Source of the DNA: Antedon mediterranea
Lineage: Eukaryota; Animalia; Echinodermata
DNA: 64,000 nucleotides
Direction of reading: 5' to 3'
NCBI RefSeq assembly: GCF_964355755.1
Contig: NC_092672.1
Span: 4,092,001 to 4,156,000 of the forward strand
In this document: piece by piece, positions 13,193 to 27,021 of the stretch
Layout of the letters: every line of letters starts with the position of its first letter
How positions within the stretch are numbered: position 1 is the stretch's first letter
Made by a program: the position numbers and the translations under genes
The notes under the pieces: generated by a model
What the model was told of the DNA's origin: nothing
The model's input: the letters and a program-made list of their open reading frames with translations, nothing else
Database searches by the model: none

Positions 13193-16100
13193 ATGAATTT
13201 ACGAAATAGATTGCAGTATATGAAACGTTTATGTACCGCTCATTTTGTAGCAAATGCCGTCCTAAGTGTGCTTTTTCTGGTTCTAAGAACGATTCGTCCG
13301 TTTTGTACTATTGTTTTTCCTAGAGCTGAGCCTGAATGTAACCTGGAATGGGTAGGCCTATGTATTACTTAATTATTTCCCCGAGTAGAAGCTTATTTCG
13401 GTGGCTTCATAACATTGGTGACCGCTTAGCTTAGGCCTAGGCCGGTATCTATCTTTCAGTTCCCCTATGCAGGAAATGAGTCTTAGGATATGACATAACA
13501 GTAAACTCTTTGTTGATGGTATAGACATTAGTTTTGTTAATAAATATGCAATAAAACAAAATTATTAAATTCAATTTTAAAAAACCCAATATTATTTATT
13601 TGATAATGTTTTATTAATTATTATGTTAATTTCTTGCTATGACTATGTTTGTTATTATTAATGATTTGTTTGTTCTTTTTCAGCGTGAGAGTAATATCTT
13701 AATGTTTCTGATTTGTGTTGTGGTCATCAAAAATAGAAAGTTTCCAGACGTGATGCAGTTTGTCAAAATCTTGTTTTCTCTGTCAAAAGTCGCTAATTTT
13801 CTGCTTTTCTTTTATTCTGACCTACGACTAGCTATTGTTTATAGCGTTTTATGTCTATGTACGTTTATTAAAATTTCTTTTTATTCACCCACAAAAGCCC
13901 ATTAAATTTTTACAAATTTAATTGTTTGTTCATTCTGAATGGAAAAGTCTAAAGATTATTCTACCCAGCCTCATGTTTAGCTTAAAAAAACTAGCTTTAG
14001 GTTCAGTTTTAAAAATCTTTTTAACAGTAACACCAAACCCACCAACACTCTGGTAAAGTAACTAAAATTTGGCATATTTTAACTTAAATTAGTTCCTATG
14101 TTTTTTTTTTGCAGTGGTAGTGCTAATATTTCCTGAACCCGCTTTTAAAGGACCTGAAAATATTACATATTTTAAAGGAGAACAATTTTTTGTAAGTCAT
14201 ATTGTAAAATAGAGGGCGATAGAATGTTTATTTTGATTGTCATCCTTATATTATATCTTATAATTCCTGTGCAATAATAATCTCTGTAATTATATTAAAT
14301 ATATACTGACAATAAATATTGAAAATAGTATTAATTAAAATATCAGCTGATTCTCGGTACTGTTTCTATCTCCGAAGTATCATAGGAATATTTGGTAATA
14401 CAACATCACATCTAGTAATAACCTAACCATTAACCTAACCTAACATGAGATATAAATACTTAATATTCCTATGATACTTTGGAAATATCAATCAATCAAT
14501 CGTTCGATTTATATAGCGCCATTCCAACATTCATTGCTCATGGCGCTGTAAAAAATCAGAAAAGGTGAGTTTTGAGTAGTGACTTAAAGTGACTCAATAA
14601 TGATGTGTGTTTAATGTTCAAGGGTAGGTGGTTCCAGAGCCTAGGTCCAGCAACACTGAAAGTCCGATCTCCCCAACTATGTTTGCTCCTTGGAATGTCC
14701 AGTAGCACCTGATGACTAGATCTTAGTTCTCGCTTTCCCTTCTTGACTGTCAACAATTCTGAGAGATATTTTGGAGCGCAACTATTTAGGCATCGGAACA
14801 CCAGCAGCAGGATCTTAAATTTAACATGTGACTCCATGGGTAGCCAATTTAACTCTTTGAACAATGGTGTGACGTGATCATACTTCTTGGCACACATCAC
14901 CAAGCGAGCTGCCCAATTTTGCACCTTCTGGAGAGTCCGCATAGATAGTATGTGGAAAACAGATCTGGAAATCGGGTGAAAATATTACTTCCAGAGCTGT
15001 AACCGATACACTACACAACTCTGAATAATTATACAGTATTTAAAACATCTTTGCCCATCTGTTTTTAACCTCTCAATATGACCCAGCGACCTCTGTTGCT
15101 TGCTAGAACATTTAACGGATTTTATGCTCGACTAATTTGTAGGAGGAATTAGAGAACAACCCACGTACCACTTGGATGTTAGAATGCTATGCCGCATGGT
15201 CACCGACCTGTCAACGATTTGCATCAGTTTTCGCAGACCTCTCATTAAAGTAAGAAACAGAAATGAATTTGCCATTTTGACATCTCCAGTGACGGATAGT
15301 AACAATGTTAACATTAAAAAATTTGGCTTTAAAGCTCAGGTACAGGCATGAATTTTAAATATAATATCTGGTTAATTGTACATAAATCAAATATTTGTAA
15401 CAGAAATCAAGACGAAAAAACATGAATTCCCCTTAATATAGTCAAATACAAAATTTGGCAAAATTCTTCCATAAAAACCAGGAAGACTTTTTTTCAGTAG
15501 TTAGGTAGTTAACCTAATGTAATGGTGACTCCCTAGAAAGTGAAAAAGATGGTGGATATACGGTGGATAATTTTTGCTATAGCATGAAAATAAAATTCTG
15601 AAGTTGAATAAAAAATACCAGAAATGTAAAATTCAAGTTATATTACCTATATTTAGTCATCTGATTTTTTACCACACCGTTTATTTTTCATAGCTTTTTA
15701 AAATGCCTCTCTATTTTCAAAATTTGTGTACAAAAGAATAGAGATTTTACTGTGTAATTTGAACTATCCCCCCAGCTGATAAGAAAGTGCTAATTTTCAA
15801 CAAGCTCCTGTAACACAAATAAAATCCCAAAAATTATGAAACATAGGAGAAACTATAGATCAATAATTATTGGAATGTATGATCAATAGAAATTTTTTGC
15901 CCGCACCTCACCTGGCCTTTAATGTAGTGAATCTGACCCGGCGGCAATAAAGCAGACTAAGTCTCTGTCTACACTATCAAACTAGTTTGATAAAAAAGGT
16001 GTGCTCAAATATGGTAGTGATATGCCTAAATATGGTATGGTAACATTTTTTTGTCACATAATGTTTGATAGTGTAGACAGAGCTTTACAGTCTCTTTTCT

Positions 16101-17197
16101 GATGTAAAACTATTACTATTGTACTCATAAATAGATTTTTTATTTTTTCTTTTCAAGTTATTCGCATAATCATTTCAAATTTGGTAAACTAGATGTTGGA
16201 ACCAATGATAAACTTGCAAAAAGGTAAGTAATAGATTGTCTATTTCAGGCCTGTTCTATTTGATTCTAAGTCATATTCAGAGGGTGTGATCAGAGACCTA
16301 TTTTAATTGCAATTTCTTGCAATAAAATAAGTGGGGAAGTGTTCAACAGATACAGATCTTTTATTATCATACAAACCAAAAAAATACAGTATGAAATTTG
16401 TCTTCTTGTTGCAAAAAAGACTTGCAAAATACCAACAATTTTATCAACAATGAAAATTCTAATTATCTTATCCAGGTTTGTTTTTATTAAATATACTGAC
16501 TGCTGAAGGTAGAAAGGAATTCCTAAATCGAGATGTTTTAATACGCATCATTCTTAATCTACCAGACTTATTAACTATAAACTCTCCATGCAAGGGATGC
16601 GTATCATCAGCGATAATAGATTTTTAGCTCTAATTTATTTCAGTTATTCTTTTCATTGTCTATGTACTTTAGGCTTGGAATAAATACAAGTGGTACAAGT
16701 CTAGAGCTACCAACACTCATCTTATTCCAAAATGGTAAACCAGTGATTCGTAGACCCGTCAAGAACAACAAAGGAAAAGTCATACCTTTTCAATTCACAA
16801 TGGTAAATATAATATTTTGCCAAATAATTTTAAAATTTAACCAACAGTGATATTAAACATACACAATACTGAATCTCATTAGAAACTAAGAAATTGCAAT
16901 TATAAGAAAAAAAATGATTTTATATAGGATTTGAACCCACGACCTTGATATAGTAAGATGAGCACTTTACCACTAAACCATTTACAAAACATTTTCTAAA
17001 TTTAATGTATGGCAGAAATAATGGTAACAACTATTGATTAATATTTGAATTCGATTTTACAGGGCAATATGATAAGAGATTTTGATATGAAGGTTATTTA
17101 TGAAGAAACGAAATCAAAGGCACAAAAGAAACAAGAGAAGAAAGCAGAAACCTTAGGAAACAATGAAAATGCTGAGGAAGAAAAGAAGGACAAATGA
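13193..17197 (+). CDS. TMX2: Thioredoxin-related transmembrane protein 2
   Basis: Exons 13193-13351, 13684-13858, 14115-14191, 15143-15249, 16158-16223, 16673-16802, 17063-17197 splice in frame. Motifs: W|RESNILMFL, FSLSKVANFLLFF, GPENITYF, WSPTC (SxxC site), FGKLDVG, LPTLILFQNGK, C-terminal KKDK ER-retrieval signal. Confidence 0.95.
14488..14942 (-). mobile_element. 5'-truncated L2-clade LINE in TMX2 intron 3
   Basis: ORF LQKVQNWAARLV...HVTPLFKELNWLP...RTFSVAGPRLWNHLP...FKSLLKTHLF is a typical L2/CR1-group ORF2 C-terminus; the 3' UTR has a GCGCC...GGCGC stem and an (ATTG)n tail. Confidence 0.85.
15333..15917. mobile_element. Second TTAA-flanked (Kolobok-like) non-autonomous element in TMX2 intron 4
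   Basis: TTAA|AGCTCAGGTACAGG...CACCTCACCTGGCCT|TTAA with imperfect TIRs. Confidence 0.45.
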
Positions 17198-17347
17198 ATT
17201 CACTTAATGAATTTAAACTACTTTATGTGCTATATAGAACTGGTTATTCACCTGTCTAATAAACATGTTTCCTGAATTGTTACTGATAGGAAAGAACTAG
17301 GACCTTTGCAATGAAGTGTACTACTGAAAAAATCACCTAGCGATTAC

Positions 17348-17534
17348 CAGGGGCGGATTCAGCATTATAGATTAGGGGGGGGGGGGGGGGGGGCTAAATA
17401 TTTCATAAATGATAAAAACGATCCGTCAGGTTGCAGAAAAATCCATTCAGTCATTATTTTATTTTAAAAAGGTTAAATTTGGGGGGGGGGGGGGGTGTCT
17501 AAAGCCTGTTTAGCCCTGCCTAAATCCGCGCCTG
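17348..17534. mobile_element. hAT-like MITE with a 5-bp TSD downstream of the TMX2 stop codon
   Basis: CAGGGGCGGATTCAG...CTAAATCCGCGCCTG with internal poly-G tracts, flanked by ATTAC direct repeats. Confidence 0.7.
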
Positions 17535-18555
17535 ATTACTATGCGTGAACATTACTACAAAAGATAAATAAAAATATATGCAATTATTGCTGTAAAACAA
17601 GTCTTATTTTCAAATAAATATCTGTGATATGGAAAGCAAATAATGTTGTGTAAAATGGTGCTACACCTGTGTCCTCAAAATTGCGTGCTCTGTTATAAAC
17701 AATAGTTAACAATATTATATACTGCTGGATATGTCTATTATTTTTTGTAGCCTTTATTGAGCGAATCATTACTGGCAACAATTTAAATTACAATGAATGA
17801 AAGTATGGTACCACCAGTAGGCTAAACATCAGGTTATAGTAAACTACATAAGTAGGCCAACATCACTTAATAAGCTTAATATAGGGAAAACCCCTACTTA
17901 CTTATAGGACTTAAGTTCAGTATAACAGTAGTGGATTACAAAATAAAACGGATAAACAGAAATGTGTGTGTTTTATTTCTACCAATCAAATTGAGTGTGG
18001 TATGATGAGACAAGCAGTTGCTACCAAATTAAACAAATATTAATTGGTCTGATAATAGTAGCGTTACTAGTATTTCGTAGGGTCAGGAAGATGTACGATT
18101 TACGCTCACGTACTAAAAAAACGTCGGCGTTTGAACAAGCGTCGAATTTATGTCTACTGCGATACAATAAAAACATACTACACAACAATCATAGGTTATC
18201 ATAAAAAAAAAAACATTGTTGTCGGCTGGTACTATTATATATATATATACTACTATATACGCAACTGTTGGTCAATCTAAGACGATCTTTGGCATGGTAT
18301 ACAACCCACGGTCGGTCAAGTGTAGACAACTGTTTTCTAAAGAAACGAAATACGGTTAGGCGCCCGCTATTGTGAAAGACACAATTAACTTGCACTTGAA
18401 AAGCCGATACAAACAAATGTCATTGTTCACAACAGAACAAACAACCAACTGGGATACCAACCGAACACAAACAAAATGCGTACCAATTGAAAACATCCGA
18501 GGAGGAAAGAGCAGTGTTCGTGTAAGAGAACTTATAAATATCACATTTCTCACAG

Positions 18556-21500
18556 ATGACTTTTATAACTGTTATATACGGAGGTAAGCAAGATAATTTA
18601 ACTCAGGGACGGGCATGCTTAAATATAATTTAGGATAGATTTTAGGGTAGTTTTCAAAACGATGTTTTGAAAATGCATTGAATCACCTTTCAAATTCCAA
18701 TAGAAGCTATAACAATTATTGATTATAGAAATTTGATACTGTAGATAGACCGCTCCTAACGACCCTGACAATAGAAAAGCGGAACACGGAGTACTATCCG
18801 TATTTTTAATAATAAAAATATCACGGGGGACCTATATTATGTTGTCAAGCTAATTGGTATTTCTAAAGCTTTCTTTTATCATTTCGACCTACATTGATAA
18901 CCTTTAATCGAATGTCCCTGTCAGTAACGACCATGTCCGATCACATATACACAACGTTGTTATTCTTTTCTCATCGTCTCATCCCTCCGGGAGGTATTTA
19001 TATTATCTATTTCTAAATCTTCATCCTCTTTAAGTCTAAACTTAAAAGGAACATAAACCTAATTGAACATAGCCAGATAAAATTTAGAAAATTACAATGT
19101 AAATGATACGGTTGGTGGTCAGTACTTAATTTCACAATCAATTCGTGGGCCCTTACCCCTCCCCGCCCACCAACCACTCTATTTCTAAATCATGGATCCG
19201 ATTATTCGTCGAACGACGCAATGTCTCTCAACACAGTTCAGTGTTTTATTACGATTTAATACTATGGAAAAATAGGTGATGATTCTCCAGTTAATTAAAC
19301 AAACAATCATGAAGATATAATATAAGGTCTACGAAGTCCGCGACTCAAGTATCATGCGTTCTTTGAGTACACTAATACTAAAGAAATCAAGCAAAGTTAA
19401 TTATTGATCACTTGAACATTCTCAAGAGGCGGTAGTCAGGCCCCGAAGCTATTATAAATGTATTGTTATATTATTTAGTTTCAAGGGGTAACTAAAACGT
19501 CAACACAAGAACGCATATGTTTGGTTTTATGATAATGCTCAAATTAGGATTCTCGTTTTAGAGTCGATGGAAATGATCGTTAGATTTTGTTAACATTATC
19601 CTCAATTACTTTTAATTAGTTTAATTTAGTTATTTGCAGCCTGGGTCTGTTTATCTCAAAAGCCGCCATACTATCGTCTGATAAAAATAAATTATGTTTA
19701 AGACTAGACTATATGCCTAACGTAAATTATAAATATTCTCCCCCTCTCTCTCTCTCTCGATCTCGAGTTTCCACAACGAATATTTCTCAAAATGATTGTG
19801 CCTCAGTAAATGACTGACTTTAAAAGCATAACACAAACAAGAATCTTTTCCTCATCTTTTATCATCTATTGACTCTTTTCTTCATGATAATTATCTTTAA
19901 TTCTTTTTTTTGTTGTTGCATATTTAATTCAATTTTTGTTTGTATATAATAATTGTAATATTCACGGCTTAATACTTTCTTTGTTTATAAAATTATATAT
20001 TTATTTTAGTTAAGGTCATGGGACTGCTGACTCTTGTAGTTATTGTAATCTTGATTACTTTAGCAGTCCCTTGCCAATTCATCTCTGTATATTTTACATT
20101 ATGGTTTTCTTTATTCTTGTTATTTATTTATTCATATTTTATTTTCATTTATTTATTTATTGACTACTTTTGAAACATTTATTATATATACTTTTTGAAT
20201 TATATATATATTTTTTTCTGGTGGAACTAGCCTTAAAGCCCTCCGGGCTTATTTATGTTTCTCCAGCATAAGTGCATTCTAATTATAAAAAAAAAAACAA
20301 AAAAAACACTGTAATATTATTCCACAATGATGTATCTTATGAAAATAAATTGAATTGAATTGAATGGTTTGTTAAATAAATTAATAAATTAAACGAAAGA
20401 CTAGGCCTTCATTACAATATTAGTCATACATCTGCTTCTTCTTCCTATTGTACTTCTGTATTAACAACCCGTTACCCGTACTTACGTTTCTATTCATAAA
20501 AAACAACGATTTACTATTATTATTTGCGCCTGTTTAGTCCAAATGAAGGCCTTAGAATCCTATATACACACGGAGGAAAAAATACTAGCCTAACACGCAA
20601 TGAAATTCGAATATGTAGAAATTAATTTAAATAAAACAAATGAAACGGCTTAGGCCTATATTATTGAATCACAGTGGGGGTGTGTGAATTGGAGGAAGTG
20701 TTGCACCTGCTGAACCGTCAGTGGGCCCGTTGTACACCTGTCTCAACGACTACCAATGGATTTTACTCACATGTTTCCTAATTATATATTAGGTGAATAG
20801 GTTAAATTGACAAGCACAATTATTATAGGCCTAGATTTAGTTTGTTGTGGTGGTCGTATCCAGAGAGACAGAACCTTATAATTAATGTTACTACTCATGT
20901 TGTAGTGTATTCCGCGGGAGAGAAACGTGCAGTAACGCGCAATCGGCTGAACAACAACAGACCACTTTGAGACCGATGGGATATGAATTTTACAATTGTT
21001 ATTCTAGGTCTTTAAAATATTATTATTAGTAGGCCTGTGGCCGCGCTTATAGCGTAGGCCTACTATTTAACTGTAAGCCCAAGTTATCTCTCGTACGAAT
21101 AAAATAAGATCCACGACAAAAAATCAAAACAAGAGTGGCCGTATTCACAATACCTAAGTGAGACATTTCCATTAGTATTAATTGTATTTCACCTAACTCA
21201 ATAAATATTTAAGTATTTAGGCCTATTCACCTAGACTTCATTTTAAGGGTAGGCCTATGTGTTTCCCTTAGCCAAAGTGTGAATGGTGAATACGGCCACT
21301 GGAGATTACAACAATTTGTACACTTTCATACAGTATTAGGCCTATGTATTTTGCTTTTTTTTAAAAAAAAATTTCAGACAATGAGAGACGGCTGTTTAAT
21401 CCCCAGTGCTCGAGTTTAGTGTTACTGGAATCGATCCGAAAACACTGTATCAAAGAACTAGAAAATGAAGGTAAAACTATACGCAATATTTAAACAATCA

Positions 21501-23691
21501 TTATCATCATCGTCATTATCTTTTATCAGTATCATTACCTGCTTGATTACCATATCAATTGTGTTAATTGCCATCATACGTCATATCACAAATTGATACC
21601 TTTGATTGATTTCCAATCGTTCCCCTCCTGCACCCGATTCCAATTCATCTATCACATGTACCATCTATTTCCGAAGTTGCAAAGGAATATTTGGTAATAT
21701 ACACGTGGAGCCTGTATCATGTACCGGCAAGGTTGTTTAAGGGGTTACTAGGCCTACTACCTACAGTAGATGTGAAACACAAGTGATGTCCGACAAAATA
21801 TTCCTATGATACTTCGTAAATAATCATTTGCAGTACTAAAATTCGGTTGCTCCTCGTTAACCTAATAGTTGAAATTTGTTTTATAATATTTCAGAATTAA
21901 TTTTGGATTTATCCGACGTTGAAGGGAATATCAAACATTTACCCGACAACCTACATACATACGCCAGCGGATTCCTAGACGGCAGAAAGCAATACTATTT
22001 AATTAAAGTAACTAGGCATAGTAAGTGAATACCGTATTTATTCGAATAAACACCCCGTTTTGAATAAATGCCCCGCTTTGAATAAACTCCCCCTCCCCCA
22101 TAGAACATCATTTTGAATAAACGCCGCCCCTCGAATAAACTCCCCCTCCCCCCATAGAATATAATTTCGATTAAAAGATAAGATAGGATATTCACATTTT
22201 TACTTCTTGGTGAGTAAATGAGTTTGGTTTAAAATGACCCTCGTGAAAATGTAATAAATAATGATGGCATATCCTCGATCGTCACAAAACATAAAAGAGA
22301 GGATTTTTACGAGTTAAAATCTCTAACAATAAATACAATCGCAATTGTCTATTTAAACAACATAGCAACCTTCCGAAGTCATTAAATTTAAAACTAATAT
22401 TAATATTAACTATTAATTAAATTTACGATTTGTAAACAAACGATAAGATTAAAAACGTGACCAAACCGTTTACGCGAATTAATTTAGCCGGTATTATCCG
22501 TAACATGTGAAGTGGTAATAGAAATATTGGTCTTAGTGGTGTATTGTAAATTCCACGGTCGCAATTAAGTACTTTAATTAAAAAACGTATAATATGAAAA
22601 AGTTACTAGAGAAGAGTGAAATTACTTCCCTGATGTTACGAATCGAATCACAATTGTCATTTCCTCTTTAAATAAACCAGGAAGGTGTCATATCAATAAT
22701 ACTAAACTTCGTGATTTAACTAAAGAGACAATACATTCTATAGTCACGGTAGGCCTATTTCTCCGTGAAAAACCAATTGTTCAGTTCCTATAGTTTTTAC
22801 CATACAATTTGCAAGGAAAAACCCCTAAATCAAACCTATTAAATTGCAACATAAAACACTGTACTGGGGCAAGGAAAACCCCCGTTAAATAAAACCTGTT
22901 GATGGCAACTCTGACGCGCGCGATCAGTAAACGTCGATGAACAGGAAGTGCCACCATTATTTTACGAAATTTGACAGATGTTTTGTGCTCTAAACATTGT
23001 TAAATTCGCATTAAATGTTTATTGATTTTATCAGAATTGTCAAATTATGATGTAATGTGTTGATGTTCCTTTATTCTAAATTCATGAGCCGGCAAATTCA
23101 TTACAAACATTATTTCCACGTTGATTCTGTAAAGGAATCACAATCGACACGAAACGAAGCGTGTACATTATCAACAATTATGCGATTCTCTGTTAATGAT
23201 TGTGGTATTAATAATCCTACAAACGGAAAGATGCCCACTCCCGTCTTCAACACCAAAACATTTCATAAAACTACTGTAATATCATGAATATATATCAAGT
23301 ATATTTTCATATCTTTTAAAAAGAAAATGTCGACAACCAACAACCACCACAATACACATTGATGCTGGAAAACGGAGACAAACTCTGTCCGGAGCTTACA
23401 AGTAAGATGGCTTTATGACCAAGTACCTTAAAACGCCTCAGAAAGTAAAATATATTTAGTCGTATTCAACGATAAGTATTATAGTAAGTTGAAAACCATG
23501 TTTTTTCTGAATGCTACTATTAATGAATATGTTTATTCACTACTTTAGAACATCTTCAGAATTTATCAAAACCAGTGATACGCCAGAGACGAGAATCGCA
23601 ATGGACAACGCTGCGTAAAAAGCTTCCAAAATCAATGAAGTCTGGGGAAAGAGTACGGCCTCGGGGGAGCGCTGGAAAGAAACACCGGTGA
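18556..23691 (+). CDS. Uncharacterized C22orf15/CXorf65-family protein (~155 aa)
   Basis: Exons 18556-18583, 21378-21470, 21895-22020, 23324-23401, 23549-23691; four phase-1 GT-AG introns give one open frame: MTFITVIYGDNERRLFNPQCSSLVLLESIRKHC...LDLSDVEGNIKHL...YASGFLDGRKQYYLIKV...LENGDKLCPEL...basic tail. Resembles remembered human CXorf65 (MFIFIKHGDNQQFLVNTNC...YASKYL..R.TYY) and C22orf15 (LLENLDDHYPEL). Confidence 0.85.
22029..22160 (+). mobile_element. Tc1/mariner (pogo-like) transposon end with subterminal GAATAAAC repeats
   Basis: TA|CCGTATTTATTCGAATAAAC followed by five related repeats; I did not find the partner end. Confidence 0.5.
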
Positions 23692-23787
23692 CAGTATAAA
23701 ATGCCAGCCGATAATCAGGATACGTCACTAACAAAACATTGACGAGAATTCACTAAAAGACATCATTCGTAGACCCGTCAACATCTA

Positions 23788-24012
23788 AAGCTCCGTCTAC
23801 ATTATTAATGTGTAAAAAAATGTGATGTGCCCATATATGGTAGTGATATGGTCAAATATGGTAGTGATGTGCCCATATATGGTAGTGATATGGTCAAATA
23901 TGGTAGTGATGTGCCCATATATGGTAGTGAGATGGTCAAATATGGTAGTGATATGACATCATCATGTCCACATTTTGTTGACACATACAGTTTGATAGTG
24001 TAGACAGAGCTT
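23788..24012. mobile_element. Harbinger-like MITE family A copy with an expanded internal 20-bp array
   Basis: About six ATATGGTAGTGAT... units in alternating variants between the TIRs. Confidence 0.8.
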
Positions 24013-24297
24013 TAAAGAAAACTGTGTCCAAAGACTTTACTTTTAACGGATATTCATTCGAGAGCGAAAGAACATGATGGAATTTAAATATACAAGGCAT
24101 ACAGTTTCCGCGACAAATGATAAAATATGGTAGCAGAAAAAAGGCCTGAAGGAATTAAATGGTCGATCGCAACTTAAACTAACCTATGGAAGGATTAGGA
24201 ATCACAGAGAGAAACGAATTAGTTTCCTGAATTCATAAGGCATATATCGGCTACGCAATATGGCGTTGGAGAATATAGTCATCACATCCTATTTTAA

Positions 24298-24454
24298 GGC
24301 CAATATACACAGACGAGCGGTAACGGTAAAAAAAATGTAAAATCATGTTATTTCTTATGACCATTTACACAAAGCGTGGAGCGAACGGGCTGAGGATAGA
24401 TACATTTTCCACGTGAGACAAGCTACGCGGTTTTCCGCTTTCCGTCACCTGGCC
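24298..24454. mobile_element. Harbinger-like MITE (GGCCAATATACACAGACGAGC end); second copy at ~6288-6445
   Basis: Both copies share CTTATGACCATTTACACA and GACAAGCTACGCGG. Confidence 0.55.
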
Positions 24455-24458
24455 TTAA

Positions 24459-24637
24459 AGCTTGGTTCCCACTAGAACGTAACGCAAGGACGTAAACGCA
24501 ACGCAAGCGTTTTAACCAATGACAAGCGAAGTTATAGACAGTTAGCAATCACAAGCGAATAAGCCATCGCTTGTGATTGGTCAATTCACTTGCGTTGCAT
24601 TACGTCCTTGTGTTGCGTCGCTAGTGGGAACCACGCT
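24459..24637. mobile_element. PIF/Harbinger-like MITE family B (~180 bp)
   Basis: TIR AGCTTGGTTCCCACTAG, quasi-palindromic CGCAAC-rich arms, TWA flanks. Near-identical copies at 48302-48480, 54369-54538, 55901-56078, 59694-59870; shorter or variant copies at 56205-56340 and ~56670-56860. Confidence 0.85.
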
Positions 24638-26344
24638 TTATAGGCCTACAATGTGACGTTTTACCATGTATCAAGAATTGCAGAATTGCCAGTATGTACT
24701 CTATGACTGAACTACTAGTAGATTAAAAAAACCGAAATCAGTACGGATTCGGGTAACAACTCAGAATCCTACCAACTTAGAAAAATACAATTACTCATAA
24801 AATGTTTTACGGTTTCTTACAATTCGGTTTAATAATTGAAAGTGAATAATGAACTTTGACTGGTAAATAACGTGATCTTATTTACTGTTCAATTCAAGCG
24901 ATGTAGGCCTACAAACATATTTTCTAAAATGTAAATAAAGTAAAATGGGTTTAATGTAGGCTAAAATAGACATGATGCTTCAAGAGCGAGTAACATGCAA
25001 TAGATGGAATACCAGAGATTGCACCTAGGCTAAATAGTGGTTCAGTAATACCAGTAGAACATTAGACAAACAGGTAGCCTACCATAATTATGAACAAGAT
25101 ATTAAAATATTATTTTATAATAAATATTGACCACTTTACCTTGACCTTTATTTATTGTTAAACTGATAAACACGAAATTGGCCCTGTATCGAAGTTCGAT
25201 ATCACACACGCGATACAACTCGGACATAGTAATAATTAGATTCGGACATTCATTTACTAAATGCAAATCGTGTCATAGTTCATCATTTGCATAAAACGTG
25301 CATGGGACCGGCCACCTGGATATATTTTCTTTTAAATTATTTATACATTTATTTATATGAGAATGTAGATTTGTTATATGGTAAAATATAGTTATGATTT
25401 TGTATAATTTTATATTTTTGTCGTATTGTCGGTTTGATGGAATTTAAAACCACTGTCCACACTATCAAACTAGTTTTAAAAAAAATGTGATGTGCCCAAA
25501 TATGGTAGTGATATGCCCAAACATGGTAGTGATAGTGATATGATATGATATGTCCATATATGTGCACATCGATCTTTTGTCACATAAAGTTTGATAGTGT
25601 AGACAGCGCTTTAGATTGAAAATAAAAAAGTTATTCACACCATTATAATGGAATAAAATTTATTAAATTTATTTTAGCAAAATAAAATTATGAAAGACTT
25701 ATTTAATTGATTAAATTAACCAAAAAGCTAGCCGATTCTCGGTATTGTATCTAAATCTGACCAGTATCATAGGCAATTTCCATGCCACACGGTGAAGCAA
25801 ATAATTTTAAAATTTGCATCATACACCCTAATCTAACCCATTAACCTTCGATATAGGCGTCAGTGATGCTTTAGTACGGACTTTTCCTACGATACTGGGC
25901 AAATATTGAGATACAGCACTGGGAATCAGTAAACATCAACTGCTGATAATCTTACAATATTATTAACACATCTCTTATTGCTTTATAAACACACAATTTA
26001 TACTATGCATATTATCTCAATAAAGGTTCTATACACTAGTTATTTTCTGAAAACCCAGTATTCCTACTATTAGCATGGAATATAATTCACCCGTTCGTTT
26101 CAATACAAAGAAAAGTTCGCTTAATATGGGTGTCCCCATAAACAGGGGGTCCCCCCTAAACAGGGGTGTCCCAAGGGGTTCTATTATAGGCCTACTGCAG
26201 TTAAATCAGGGAGGTATATTTTATATCTCCCTGGTTAAATTTCAACTTGTCACCGGGACGAGAGAACCTTATGCAAATAGACGATGCGGATTTCGAAAAG
26301 TCCGGAAGTAAACTTTACTAAATGCAGGCCACCGGTTTAATACA

Positions 26345-26500
26345 TGGTCACCTGTTAAAGCCACGCGGTTACCTGTTAAAAGACACACGGTCACCTGTTA
26401 AAGACACACGATCACCTGTTAAATCCACACGGTCACCTGTTAAAGCCACGCGGTCACCTGTTTAAACCACGCGGTCACTTGTTAAAACCACAGATCACTT
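26345..26500. repeat. ~20-21-bp minisatellite (CCACGCGGTCACCTGTTAAA) x ~7
   Basis: Direct tandem copies with small variants. Confidence 0.85.
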
Positions 26501-27021
26501 GATATTAAAATAAGTACCGGTAAAGTACAGATCACCAGGTAAAAAGAATGGTCTCCAGTTTAAAAAAAAAACAGGGGTACGTCAGTTTTGTTAATATAGA
26601 AGTATATAATTAAATCTGACTATGTTCCCACGGTTAACACTGCCAATACCTAATTAAGCCTCATATTTAAACGGGATTTTCGCCAGCATGAACCAGAAAG
26701 CATTGGTTTAGTATAAATCGCTGTTGGGTGTTAGATAAAATAACATAGCCGCATACAAATACTGTGATTTTAAAGACCTTGGGTAGAGCATGGAGGTATT
26801 TATACCTCCATGGGTAGAGCTACATACGAAAATGTAACAAAGAGGTAATTTAAGAATCATAAATAAGAAAGTCGTATTACGCAATTCTGGTATATTATTA
26901 TTTTCGGCAGACGAAGTGTGCAGCGAATAAAAATAAAATATTCGACGCCACACACTACAAAATGAAGTAGTGTGACACAGCAGTATATTGGCACACCAAT
27001 AAAACGATTGAAAAAATGAAA

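Noticed and set aside
17198-18555. Selenoprotein H next to TMX2, as in human
   Set aside because: I could not find a CxxU-encoding exon or a SECIS element.
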